NCBI GenBank assembly: GCA_016214075.1
Contig: JACRPI010000013.1
Span: forward strand, 5,418-69,417
From: Candidatus Woesearchaeota archaeon
GTDB taxonomy: Archaea; Nanobdellota; Nanobdellia; Woesearchaeales; DSVV01
Direction: 5' to 3'
DNA length: 64,000 nt
The translations under genes were made by a program, and so were the position numbers. Position 1 is the stretch's first letter; each line of letters begins with the position of its first letter. This document shows, piece after piece, positions 1 through 9,396 of this stretch. The notes beneath the pieces are model-generated. The model searched no databases, was not told the DNA's origin, and saw only the letters and a list, made by a program, of their open reading frames with translations.

Positions 1-330
1 AAGTATATGCGTCGATTTGCAGAAGAATATGCAAACAAGGAAATTGTGCAAGAGGTTCTTGCACAATTGACATGGTATCACAATATTACGCTCCTTGAGA
101 AGATAAATAATTCTGTGGAACGACAATGGTATGCTCAAGAAGCAATCAAGCAGGGTTGGTCCAGAAATGTTTTGGTACATCATATTGAATCAAATTTGTA
201 TCTCAGACAAGGGAAAGTTACGCATAATTTTAGTACCCCATTACCCGCGCCACAGTCCGATTTAGCGCGGCAAACACTTAAAGATCCGTACATTTTTGAT
301 TTTCTTTCTTTGGGAGAAGAGGCTATCTAA
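1..330 (+). pseudogene. DUF1016/YhcG-family protein, N-terminal portion only. It runs off the 5' window edge and stops before the PD-(D/E)XK nuclease domain.
   Basis: Motifs LTWYHNITLLEK, QWYAQEAIKQGWSRNVLVHHIESNLYLRQG and DPYIFDFLSL are typical of the DUF1016 (YhcG) N-terminal region. The stop at 330 falls where the nuclease domain normally begins. The reading frame is open to position 1. Confidence 0.45.
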
Positions 331-333
331 AAG

Positions 334-1350
334 ATGAACAAAATGACAACAAAGACAACAGGCATCCACGAAGATGAATTGAACGCAAAGCTTGAACCAT
401 TCCACAACAAAGACAAAGTGGAGTTCAAACCAAAGTTCATCGAACATTACAGTAAACTCACTGATTTCGAAGTATTCAAAAAATATTCTCTCGCATTTCT
501 CAGAAGATCCATACGAGTCAACACGTTAAAGACAACAGTTGAAGAAATGAAAGCTGCTCTAAACAAAGACTGGCATCTCACCCCAATTCCGTGGTGCAAA
601 GAAGGATTCTGGATAGAGCATAAAGGCATTGGTGAAGAAAAAAGAAGAGACGTGGGAAACCTCATCGAACACGCGTTGGGATATATCTATGTGCAGGAAG
701 CGGCGTCGATGATCCCGCCTGTTGTCCTTAATCCACAGCCAGGAGAAATAATTCTTGATATGTGCGCGGCGCCAGGAAGCAAAACAACACAAATCGCGCA
801 ATACATGCAAAACAAAGGTCTATTAATCGCGAATGATTTCACCTATCAACGCTTGCAAGCGTTAGGATTAAATGTCCAGCGTTGTGGAATCACAAATATT
901 GTGCTAACAGAAATGCGTGGTCATACATTCAAGGATTTTCAGTTTGACAGAATTTTAATTGACGCGCCGTGTTCAGGAACAGGAACAATTAGAAAATCAC
1001 TGAAAACATTGTTGATGTGGAACATGGCGGGAATAAGACAACTCGCAGGTCAGCAACGGCAATTAATAGAAGTCGCGTTCAACAATCTCAAGCCAGAGGG
1101 AACAATGGTATACTCAACCTGTTCTAATGAGCCAGATGAAGATGAAGCAGTGGTCAGCTTCTTGCTCGAAAAATATCCAAACGCAGTCTGCGAAGAAATC
1201 AAACTCAATATCAAGCATGGTCCACCAATCATGGAGTTTGAAGGAAGAAAATACCATGAAGGCGTTAAACATACGTTACGATTATGGCCGCAGGATAATG
1301 ATACTGAAGGCTTTTTTATTGCGAAGATTCGGAAGAAAGAGTTTAAATAA
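334..1350 (+). CDS. NOL1/NOP2/Sun-family RNA (cytosine-C5)-methyltransferase
   Basis: SAM motif DMCAAPGSKT and the catalytic motifs DAPCSGTG and TCS are all present. Confidence 0.85.
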   Translation: MNKMTTKTTGIHEDELNAKLEPFHNKDKVEFKPKFIEHYSKLTDFEVFKKYSLAFLRRSIRVNTLKTTVEEMKAALNKDWHLTPIPWCKEGFWIEHKGIGEEKRRDVGNLIEHALGYIYVQEAASMIPPVVLNPQPGEIILDMCAAPGSKTTQIAQYMQNKGLLIANDFTYQRLQALGLNVQRCGITNIVLTEMRGHTFKDFQFDRILIDAPCSGTGTIRKSLKTLLMWNMAGIRQLAGQQRQLIEVAFNNLKPEGTMVYSTCSNEPDEDEAVVSFLLEKYPNAVCEEIKLNIKHGPPIMEFEGRKYHEGVKHTLRLWPQDNDTEGFFIAKIRKKEFK

Positions 1351-1351
1351 G

Positions 1352-2032
1352 TTACGAAAATGCAACAAGTTTCTCCAAAGTACGTTTATCTTCTTCACAA
1401 AAATGGAATGATGCTTGAGAATAATTATCTGCGTTCATGATACACTCCCCTTCCTTTAAATGATCCTGTGCTGGAAGATGATGCCCATATCCAAATATTC
1501 CATGACCTATCTCATGCGCGAGAAGTGAAGGATATGTTCTTGGTAAAACAATAGTCTCAGCGTGCATATCGATAAGTCCGCGTGCATGGTAGCGACCACT
1601 TGGTCCAACAGTAACTGGACCAAAAAGAGTATTATCTTCTCCTCTATAAGGCTGATAAAAAGGAATAATCCGAACAGTAAACCCTACGGGAGAATGGTGT
1701 TCGTCAGTTGCAATGGAATCAAGAGGCATGTATTCTGGAAAATTTTCTTCATCGTAGTACGCAAGACCGCGGAGTTGAAATTGAAGTTTTCCATGCGTCG
1801 GTTCTCCATATTGTTTGTTCAAATTGTGAAGAAGCGTATCAATTCTTTGTACTGAAATCACTTCTTCGGGAGATCCTTCTAACGGAAGTGGATATTTTGG
1901 AGAACTAATGACTGCAATATCAACAGGAACAGGGAGTTTTCGATGAACAAGATCCATAACGACATGAAACATATCCCCACGAGTGTCGTGCCAATATTGC
2001 GCTTGGTATTTTGCTGTTATGAGTTGTCGCAT
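1352..2032 (-). CDS. Zinc metalloprotease, metzincin-like (HEXXHXXGXXH)
   Basis: LLAHEIGHGIFGYGHH carries the extended zinc-binding motif with a third His. Downstream Cys residues (ECIM...FHFCEED) are reminiscent of archaemetzincins. Confidence 0.5.
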   Translation of the reverse strand: MRQLITAKYQAQYWHDTRGDMFHVVMDLVHRKLPVPVDIAVISSPKYPLPLEGSPEEVISVQRIDTLLHNLNKQYGEPTHGKLQFQLRGLAYYDEENFPEYMPLDSIATDEHHSPVGFTVRIIPFYQPYRGEDNTLFGPVTVGPSGRYHARGLIDMHAETIVLPRTYPSLLAHEIGHGIFGYGHHLPAQDHLKEGECIMNADNYSQASFHFCEEDKRTLEKLVAFS

Positions 2033-2044
2033 GAAATCACTTCT

Positions 2045-2788
2045 TTACTGAATCACGTCATCATACGGTTTTGTCGCGGCGATTTTCTTTGAACTAAAAT
2101 GCCACCATTCTGCGGTATTTTCTCTTGATGAAGAGTATGGAGTAAAAGAGGTACTCATCACTGTTCGGAGAAGCTCTCGCAAATCCAATATACTCTTTGT
2201 TGGATGTACAAAGTATCCTCTTTGCGCGAAAGCCATTGTATCCTCTTCTGTTTTTTTGTCTCGCGCATTATAAAATTCAGAATAAAGCGAAAATTCATCA
2301 AATTGCGAACCCATCCAAACTTCTTGACCATTCAGTGTTGCAAGGGTCACATCAAGTGTTCTTCCATAATTGTGCCCTGAATATTTCCCTTCTGTTCTGT
2401 TAATATAAGCAACCCATTTACCTACATGTTTTCCTTTTCCTGCTTGTTCTTGTTCTCTGCCCCACTGCATCATTGCTTCTGATGCTTGTATAGGTCTGTA
2501 CGCGTCTTTGACAAGAAGTTGGAGCCCATATTGTTTGAGTGTAGCATTTGCTTGAATGAGATCCTCAACAATTTCTGGATATGTCCATGCTTTTGCTGCT
2601 TCGTAGCCAGGCAATACTTTTCCCATAAAATTTCTTGTTGTCGCGTAGACAGGATCAACGAGAACAGAGGCGTTTCTGTTTGCGGAATATCGTTCAATAC
2701 TTACAAATGGATTTGCTGCTGCGAAAGCAGTGTTCGGTACAAGAAGACGAGCAATAATCATTTCTAGAAAATTTCTTCTGGTTGTCAT
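2045..2788 (-). CDS. D-Ala-D-Ala dipeptidase (VanX/DdpX, peptidase M15D) with a twin-arginine (Tat) signal peptide
   Basis: N-terminal MTTRRNFLEMI matches a Tat motif (RRxFL). VanX signatures are present: YATTRNFMG, YSGHNYGRTLDVTL (SxHxxGxAxD) and EWWHF. Confidence 0.8.
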   Translation of the reverse strand: MTTRRNFLEMIIARLLVPNTAFAAANPFVSIERYSANRNASVLVDPVYATTRNFMGKVLPGYEAAKAWTYPEIVEDLIQANATLKQYGLQLLVKDAYRPIQASEAMMQWGREQEQAGKGKHVGKWVAYINRTEGKYSGHNYGRTLDVTLATLNGQEVWMGSQFDEFSLYSEFYNARDKKTEEDTMAFAQRGYFVHPTKSILDLRELLRTVMSTSFTPYSSSRENTAEWWHFSSKKIAATKPYDDVIQ

Positions 2789-2790
2789 CG

Positions 2791-3369
2791 TTATTTTCCC
2801 TCATGCAATTCTGGAAACAGAATTCTATCATCTAAAGGTGTTCGATAATCTTTGAAGCGAATAGGCACTGATTCTGCGGGGGTTCTTTTACAGACAACAA
2901 GATGAAGATGTGGACCTGTGGAAAGTCCAGTATTCCCGCTCCATCCAATCGGTTGTCCTTGTTCTACTCTTGTCATTTTTCCTGTCTTTTTCCAACGTTC
3001 TTTTAATTCATAATCAACGCCTTGGAAGTAAAGGTGCGCGTAAATAGCGAATGTCCCATCATTATGACGGATGGTCACATAATTTGTTTCTTTTGTTGCT
3101 TTTCTTCGTAACAGAGGGTCTGCGTCTTCATCCAGAAAATGTGTATAATTAAATCTTCCAGAGTCTCGCCAGTCCGCAAGAAAGCCTGCTCGTGCGGCGC
3201 GAAGTTGCGTTCCTTCTTCTAATCCAAAGTCTATTGCGTATGTGCTATCATGGAAAGCTCTTGATTTTTTATGTGTTCCAGGAGCTCGTTTTCTATACCC
3301 TCCAAAGAAACCTTGAGTGATTTCTGGAACTGTTGAAAAAGGAAGAATGTAGGTCATTAAACTTGCCAC
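2791..3369 (-). CDS. M23-family (LytM/lysostaphin-like) metallopeptidase
   Basis: FAIYAHL and GQPIGWSGNTGLSTGPHLHLVV match the M23 HxH/GxxG-TGPHLH region. An upstream FHDSTYAIDF is H...D-like. The ORF overlaps the next gene by 13 nt, which suggests an operon. Confidence 0.75.
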   Translation of the reverse strand: MASLMTYILPFSTVPEITQGFFGGYRKRAPGTHKKSRAFHDSTYAIDFGLEEGTQLRAARAGFLADWRDSGRFNYTHFLDEDADPLLRRKATKETNYVTIRHNDGTFAIYAHLYFQGVDYELKERWKKTGKMTRVEQGQPIGWSGNTGLSTGPHLHLVVCKRTPAESVPIRFKDYRTPLDDRILFPELHEGK

Positions 3370-4487
3370 CCATATCTCTGAGCAATTCTATTAAAGAAAG
3401 GGTGAACTAAAATGGGAATTCCTGTTTGCTGATATGCTTGTTCGTAGAATGCTCTTGGAACAACTTGTGTTTGAGGAACTTCCACACGTTCACAGCCCAC
3501 AATCTTTGACCATGCGTATGGCTGTTCTCGTTTTGCTTTATAGATTATTCGTAAGGGATGATTTTTATCTTGAGCAACGTCAACGAGCGTATCAAAAACA
3601 GGATGTGCTGCTCCATTGAGAAATGCAGTAATTCCAGAATCTTTTCCAGGAGGAGTGTTTACAAAAATATCCCAATACTCTAAGACCAGTTCTGCCACAA
3701 CCCCTCGTAGTCTGGAAATTTCAGAAGAACTGGTTAAGGATCTATCAACAGCATATCCTATTGCCTCTTCTCCTTTTCGTTGAAGCGCAACTCTATACAC
3801 TTTTTGGTGAAGTCGCTTTATTGTTTTTCCAATCTTAACAGGAGCGTATGCGTAATCATCTTCGTCATCAAGAGTTACTCCAATTTCTCTGCAGAATTGT
3901 CTTGTCCCTTTAACTCTTAATGCTCTGAAACTCAATCCAGAATATTTTGCAGCTTCTTTTGTATCTCCTGCGTCTGCTGCTTTCATTGCTTTTTCTATAA
4001 AATGAGCAGAAGGTGTTTTTTCCACTGCTTTGTTTACGATCTCCTCAAGCTTTCCGTTTTCAATAGCAGGTTCTAAAGTAACTTCAGAAAAATCAATTCG
4101 TACAGTATAACTACTACACGCATTTTTGATGTGCGTATCTGTTTCTTCAAAATCTCCTTGCCCTGCAAAAATATCCGCAACCTGTTGTTGTGTCGTTCCG
4201 TAAAGAGCAAATGCTTCTCGTAAAACTCGTGTCGCTTCTCCATGTACTGATGGACTTCTTTTGAGAATAGCGGAGTAGACATCAAGAACTCTTCTGAAAT
4301 CATCTTCTTCAACTGCTACTCTTTTCATTCGTTGATACTCTGCTTCTTCAGAACGAGGGAGAGGAGCATTGTAGCGAGGAGTAGGAAAATTACTCTCCTT
4401 TAAAGGAGAGTTCTCATTCAATAAAAATTTATCACTTAAATTACCCCATAACGGAGTAATTATTTTTTGGTCATCAAATTTAGCCAT
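3357..4487 (-). CDS. Hypothetical protein (376 aa), co-oriented with the peptidase genes
   Basis: Long ORF with no motif recognisable by eye. Overlaps the M23 gene. Confidence 0.5.
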   Translation of the reverse strand: MAKFDDQKIITPLWGNLSDKFLLNENSPLKESNFPTPRYNAPLPRSEEAEYQRMKRVAVEEDDFRRVLDVYSAILKRSPSVHGEATRVLREAFALYGTTQQQVADIFAGQGDFEETDTHIKNACSSYTVRIDFSEVTLEPAIENGKLEEIVNKAVEKTPSAHFIEKAMKAADAGDTKEAAKYSGLSFRALRVKGTRQFCREIGVTLDDEDDYAYAPVKIGKTIKRLHQKVYRVALQRKGEEAIGYAVDRSLTSSSEISRLRGVVAELVLEYWDIFVNTPPGKDSGITAFLNGAAHPVFDTLVDVAQDKNHPLRIIYKAKREQPYAWSKIVGCERVEVPQTQVVPRAFYEQAYQQTGIPILVHPFFNRIAQRYGWQV

Positions 4488-4535
4488 GTTATCATTACCT
4501 TGTTTTCATTATTCATTCATAAATATTTTTGTGCT

Positions 4536-5420
4536 TTATGGGCATGCAATAATCCTCACTTTTCGTTCTATTCCCTGCACAGTATCTATCATTTTATATG
4601 AAACTCCTTGAATTTGTATAGTTTTTTCATCTTTTTGTGGTTCTGCCTGACCGTACAACGCGTCAAAGACTTCCCAGGGAAAATGTGCTTTATCAGAAAA
4701 TAATGTGTCTGTCAATCGAGAAACCAAATCCCAATCACCTGCTCGAACAGAGCGTGAAACAACGATCAACGGAGTTTCAGGATCAGATGTTACCGTTGTT
4801 TCATCACCATAATCTCCAACCATAACAGTCCGCAGTGTTTCATATCCAACTGGCGCGATCAATCTTCGCGCGAGATAAAGGTCTTTTCCATGCGACACTG
4901 GTGTTTTTGTGTGTGGATTAACGTATCGTGTAGTTTCATCAAATGGTTCTCGCGTTTGTTTATGAACGACAGAAAATAAATGAATTGTTTCTTGACGTCT
5001 TTCTTGCTGAAGGCGCTGATATTCTTCACTTTGGTCTTGACCCGTTTCAAGAAGTTCTTCTATTCTTGCGCTTCTCTCTTGGGCTCGATGTCTTCCTGTA
5101 CTAGTTTCTTCATCACTAAGAAAAGCAATTCTTGCTTGATAATCGTCATCCACCTTTCTAAATGTTCCATCTGGCAGCACATACAGTTCTCCTCTTTTTT
5201 CTCCAATGCTTTCTCTTCCAAAATATCCATCAAGGAGGGTATTAACTGAAGCAAGGCATTCTTCTCTGTGATTCAGCGCGGTTGTTGCGATGTACAGTCT
5301 TCGTCCTTTCTCTTTCTGGTTCTTTAAAAAATCTGAAACACCAGGATAGAGCCCCAACCATTCTTCTCTCCAATTTCCAAGCGTCTCGTCTTTATCCAAA
5401 AAAAGAATGTCAAGCGTCAT
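4536..5420 (-). CDS. HAD-superfamily hydrolase-like protein
   Basis: N-terminal LFLDKDETLG resembles HAD motif I (DxDxT). MVGDYGDE resembles motif IV. A long insertion sits between them. Confidence 0.4.
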   Translation of the reverse strand: MTLDILFLDKDETLGNWREEWLGLYPGVSDFLKNQKEKGRRLYIATTALNHREECLASVNTLLDGYFGRESIGEKRGELYVLPDGTFRKVDDDYQARIAFLSDEETSTGRHRAQERSARIEELLETGQDQSEEYQRLQQERRQETIHLFSVVHKQTREPFDETTRYVNPHTKTPVSHGKDLYLARRLIAPVGYETLRTVMVGDYGDETTVTSDPETPLIVVSRSVRAGDWDLVSRLTDTLFSDKAHFPWEVFDALYGQAEPQKDEKTIQIQGVSYKMIDTVQGIERKVRIIACP

Positions 5421-5423
5421 TTC

Positions 5424-6203
5424 TTACACCCCAACATACGAAGGAATTGCAGTACCAACCTTTTGAAATCCCTTAACCTCAATTCCCGCTTTTTGTATTC
5501 TTCTTTCAGTCTCCACATCAAGAAGTACTACTCCTTCTGTGCTCAGAACTCCTCTCAAATTGTACATCACTTTCTCTATATTTTGATCAGGAAAGTATTT
5601 TAAGATGTTTCTACAGGTAATAACATCAAAAGGAAGATCTGCTATTGTAGTAAGAGCGTCAGTATCAAGAACACTGCATTCCTCAAATCGTACTGCGTCT
5701 CGTAGTTCTGGAGCGACAGTGTATATTTCTCCGCTTTGGGGAAGATATTTTTCTTGCATCGCTATTGGCAGTATCTCATCTGTAATATTCAGGCTGTAAT
5801 ATGCTCCTTTTCTTGCGATGCGAAGTGCTGCAGGATTGACGTCAATGCCAACGATTGTTGTTTCAGCGAGTCTTCCCCCTTCTGCAAAATACATTGCGAT
5901 AGAATATGCTTCAGCGCCTGTTGAACAACCTGCGGACAAAACTCGAGGTGCTCTATTTCTCTGGCATAATGCATACACAATTTCTCCTATCATATTTCTA
6001 TTAAAAAATGTTGTCGAAGGACAAATAGAGGCAAGATTTGTTTCTCGCGATTCAGGATTTTCTGCTATTTGTTCTAATGTTGTACAGATGCTTGTAACAC
6101 AAGCAGAATCAGAAAGATCAAAGAGAATTGCTGCATCCATGCCTGTAAATCTCGAGACGAGTTCAATGGTTCGAGAACGAGTGTCTTCGTGTTGTTTTGT
6201 CAT
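5424..6203 (-). CDS. CheR-type SAM-dependent methyltransferase domain protein
   Basis: RVLSAGCSTGAEAYSIAMYF and FDVITCRNILKYF match CheR signature regions. No other chemotaxis genes occur in the window. Confidence 0.65.
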   Translation of the reverse strand: MTKQHEDTRSRTIELVSRFTGMDAAILFDLSDSACVTSICTTLEQIAENPESRETNLASICPSTTFFNRNMIGEIVYALCQRNRAPRVLSAGCSTGAEAYSIAMYFAEGGRLAETTIVGIDVNPAALRIARKGAYYSLNITDEILPIAMQEKYLPQSGEIYTVAPELRDAVRFEECSVLDTDALTTIADLPFDVITCRNILKYFPDQNIEKVMYNLRGVLSTEGVVLLDVETERRIQKAGIEVKGFQKVGTAIPSYVGV

Positions 6204-6242
6204 CGCTGTTACCTTGTTCCTTTTATTTCTAAATAGTTTTAT

Positions 6243-6827
6243 TTATTCACTCACATACCCATACCCTTCATAATAACTTTCATCAACTAAACGAATGTCA
6301 AAATCTTTTTCTGCGACAACAACATTCCACGAATCACAGCCGTATTTCTTTCCCCAGGAAATTTCTTTAGCAGGATCATAGTCATAATCATCGCAGGTAA
6401 TAGTAACAAGGTGACATTCCCATTCTGTTTCGCAGGTATATTCAAAATCATAACATGCTTCAAAGCCATAGTCTGAACAATATTCCTCAATACGATCTTC
6501 TTCAGATTCCGCGAATGTCTGATCATCATCGCTAGATGCAATATCACGCGCTTCGTCATATTCCGCTTCAAAAGTCTTTAACTCATTATATTCCTCAAAG
6601 ATCGCCTGCTTTTCTTCGTCAGTTAAACCATAATCTGTGCTTTCGTATTGTGCGCCTTCATAGCCTTTCACCACATGCTCAATTTCATACGAAGTATAAG
6701 TTCCTTCAGAAGGATACGTATATGCAATTTCTTGAGAAGTCTCAGTACCATCCATAAACAAGAGTACAGTAAGTGCAAAGAATGCGAGTACTCCAATGCC
6801 GAAAATAAATTGTAGTGTTTTTTTCAT
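6243..6827 (-). CDS. Secreted/membrane-anchored acidic Cys-containing protein (hypothetical)
   Basis: Start moved to the internal MKKTLQFIFGIGVLAFFALTVLLF (signal peptide/TM). The mature part is highly acidic with several Cys. Confidence 0.45.
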   Translation of the reverse strand: MKKTLQFIFGIGVLAFFALTVLLFMDGTETSQEIAYTYPSEGTYTSYEIEHVVKGYEGAQYESTDYGLTDEEKQAIFEEYNELKTFEAEYDEARDIASSDDDQTFAESEEDRIEEYCSDYGFEACYDFEYTCETEWECHLVTITCDDYDYDPAKEISWGKKYGCDSWNVVVAEKDFDIRLVDESYYEGYGYVSE

Positions 6828-7098
6828 TTTTTCCTTCTTCTCTCTTTTTTTCAATAGACAAACACATTCCACAAATCGCCTTGCAAGTCCTTGAACACAA
6901 TTCATCCTTTTATTATTTTATTAAATAAAAATAATACTGAATATGATCAAGCGACTCTAGTACGCGGTAAATGGAACTATACGACAATAAAAAGAAAGGA
7001 GCCAGCATTCCAAAGGAATGCCCCCAACCTTTCCAAAACACCTAAGAAACCCGCTTATATTTAAAGGTTTCGCTATTTTATCACTATTGAGTGGTTAA

Positions 7099-7701
7099 TT
7101 AATGAAGAGAAAAGACTTTCCCCATCAATCTGCCTGTGCCATCTCTGTATGTCTCAACATGGAAGAGCTCGCTATGAGCTGCAACTCCATCACTTTGCAT
7201 AAGAAGCATATATGTTCCTTGCCTTGTGTGCTGTCTCATAAATCGCGCGACTGCAAGCTCATTATCTCCTCCATTAAAGACCGTGTCAATTATGGAAGGG
7301 CGTAATCGAAGTTGAACATACGTTCTCATGTCAAGGAAATCTCCATACGCAAGAATAGGATATGGTGATTCGTTCACAACAGGTAAAAGTCCTTCTTCTC
7401 GAAGTTTTCCAATTCGTTTTTCAGCAAGTGCATGAATGCGTCTGTCTCCTTCTACGGAGTACGTTCGCATATTATATGCTGCGCCGAGTGCTGCGACACG
7501 GCCATCGCCGCCTCCTGCGTCAAGAAACACATCCCCATACTGTAAAAATCCTTCTTCTGATAAGACATGGAAAAGATCCTTCAAATAATCAATTCTCGTT
7601 GGTCGATAGCAGCCAATCGAAGTTGCTCTGTGCCGTCTTTCTTCATCGGAAAATCTATTATAAAATCGAACAATGTCATCGATACGTCGTTGATCTATCA
7701 T
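7099..7701 (-). CDS. Hypothetical protein with a Rossmann/SAM-MTase-like glycine motif
   Basis: VFLDAGGGDGRVAALGA resembles SAM-binding motif I. Confidence 0.35.
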   Translation of the reverse strand: MIDQRRIDDIVRFYNRFSDEERRHRATSIGCYRPTRIDYLKDLFHVLSEEGFLQYGDVFLDAGGGDGRVAALGAAYNMRTYSVEGDRRIHALAEKRIGKLREEGLLPVVNESPYPILAYGDFLDMRTYVQLRLRPSIIDTVFNGGDNELAVARFMRQHTRQGTYMLLMQSDGVAAHSELFHVETYRDGTGRLMGKVFSLH

Positions 7702-7734
7702 AGAAGAAAGAATCGTATTTGAAAATATAAAGGT

Positions 7735-8385
7735 TTATAGCGATGCAAACGGGTTATACCGCGGATCGAGGAACTGCGGAAACGAACTCTTTCTCAATGC
7801 TTCTTCATGCATCTGTATAAGTGCGGGTAAAGGACATGCTTCTCTGAACGCGGTAAGATAGATTTCAGCTCGTCGAGCGCGCTCAGGATTCGTGTATGGT
7901 TCGCAGGGTGTTGGATCAATAATTCGTCCGATACATCCTCCTAAAGCAAAGAACAATTCATTGCAAATCCCTCTGTCTCTTTGTCGTTCATCCTCAATCT
8001 TTTGTCCAAAATATTTCTCCAAATATGCGTCATCCACGAGGATAAATTCATCAGGTACTGCAAGAACAGGTTCTTCTCCCTCAAAAGCAAAATAAGGTCC
8101 ATCCATTTTTCTTTTAATGGAATCATAAGGCCATTGTTCTTGTAATCTTCTGAGAACAACGCCGTGCGCGTGCGTCTTGCCAATCAATCGAATCACTGCG
8201 TCTCCTGCTGCTGTTGGTTCCGATGTAGGATAAAAAGAAGTTGCGGTCTCTCTTTGTTCAGTCGACAGATATGGAATTCCTGCAAGAGTAAGATATGCAA
8301 GAAATGGGTTTTCTTGTTTCAAAGTTTCTGTTCGAGAATAAGATCCCCCTGCAACACGTTCCAAAATATACGCATCAAGGGTCAT
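7735..8385 (-). CDS. Hypothetical protein
   Basis: 216-aa ORF with compact spacing and no recognisable motif. Confidence 0.4.
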   Translation of the reverse strand: MTLDAYILERVAGGSYSRTETLKQENPFLAYLTLAGIPYLSTEQRETATSFYPTSEPTAAGDAVIRLIGKTHAHGVVLRRLQEQWPYDSIKRKMDGPYFAFEGEEPVLAVPDEFILVDDAYLEKYFGQKIEDERQRDRGICNELFFALGGCIGRIIDPTPCEPYTNPERARRAEIYLTAFREACPLPALIQMHEEALRKSSFPQFLDPRYNPFASL

Positions 8386-8451
8386 TAAAAATGATTTTCT
8401 GTATCTCCTTCTTTTTATAGTTTTTTATTTTAATCTAAATCACTACTTTCA

Positions 8452-8655
8452 AGAGTTCCATAGGAAATGAAGGGGTTCCTACAGTAGTATACACATCAGT
8501 ATACTTAAACATTGTAATCACCACGACCAAAGAGTTCCATAGGAAATGAAGGGGTTGCCATAGCAGTATACAAAAGGCTATACTCAGCTTTACCGAGAAT
8601 AAGTGACAGTGATTGTGTGTTACTATAAAGGAGTTCCACAGGAAACAGGGGGGTT
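8452..8655. repeat. Three degenerate direct repeats: two identical 26-bp cores AGAGTTCCATAGGAAATGAAGGGGTT plus a diverged third, extending into a roughly 40-bp unit. They lie upstream of vapBC.
   Basis: Copies at 8452-8477 and 8531-8556 are identical. The diverged copy is at 8631-8655. Similarity continues 3' of each core (cctacagtagtataca vs gccatagcagtataca). Confidence 0.7.
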
Positions 8656-8714
8656 GTTACGGAGTTGGGGTAAAAGAGAAAGTATTAAATACATGTACAT
8701 ACATTTACTTTGCT

Positions 8715-8951
8715 ATGGCAACAAAATGTATTACTATAACTGTTGAAGCGTATGGGAGACTTGCATCACAGAAGCAGGAAAGAGAAAGTTTTAGTGATGT
8801 GATTAATAGGATAACTCCAAGAAAAAGTTCTTTATTGGATTTGGTAGGTTTACTTTCATCAAAAGAAGCTGAGGATATGAAGAAGCATATAGCTGAGGGA
8901 CGTAAAAGAACAGAAGAAAGAATGAATAAAATTGCGGAGTTGATGAGATGA
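8715..8951 (+). CDS. vapB: VapB-type antitoxin (archaeal MATKxITITxEAYxRL family)
   Basis: MATKCITITVEAYGRLASQKQERESFSDVI matches the common archaeal antitoxin N-terminus. It overlaps vapC by 4 nt. Confidence 0.7.
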   Translation: MATKCITITVEAYGRLASQKQERESFSDVINRITPRKSSLLDLVGLLSSKEAEDMKKHIAEGRKRTEERMNKIAELMR

Positions 8952-9340
8952 TATTCGATACAACATTCCTTATTGATGTTATGCAAAAAGATGAAAAAGC
9001 CTTATCTCTATTGCATCTATTTGGAGAGAAGAGCGAATATGGTCTTGTATCTGCGGTTTCTATTTTTGAATTACATAGTGGGCTTGCACATTCTGGAAAA
9101 TCTCTCTCCGAACAAAATAAAGTGAAAGAAGTTTTGGATAAACAGCGCATTATTCCAATAGATGCTCTTCTTGCAGAGAATGCAGGAGATATTCATGGAA
9201 CGCTTATAACGCGAGGTCAGATGATTGGTTCTATGGATTGTCTTATTGCGGCAACAGCACTTCGTTTTGGAGAAACTGTTTTGACAAGAAATGTGAAAGA
9301 TTTTCAAAGAATTTCTGGATTAAAAGTAGAGACGTACTAA
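8948..9340 (+). CDS. vapC: PIN-domain VapC toxin
   Basis: N-terminal MIFDTTFLID carries the PIN Asp. Conserved acidic residues follow. The 4-nt overlap with the upstream antitoxin is typical. Confidence 0.8.
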   Translation: MIFDTTFLIDVMQKDEKALSLLHLFGEKSEYGLVSAVSIFELHSGLAHSGKSLSEQNKVKEVLDKQRIIPIDALLAENAGDIHGTLITRGQMIGSMDCLIAATALRFGETVLTRNVKDFQRISGLKVETY

Positions 9341-9396
9341 GGCTTCGCTGCCTTCCACGCTTTCTCAAAATAATCTCTGTAATGTTGTCGCTTAAA

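Noticed and set aside
8452-8655. Possible mini CRISPR array (two identical 26-bp repeats plus a degenerate third)
   Set aside because: Spacer lengths are unequal (53 and 74 bp) and sequence similarity continues into the would-be spacers. There are only three units and no cas genes in the window. Interpreted as tandem duplication or operator repeats instead.
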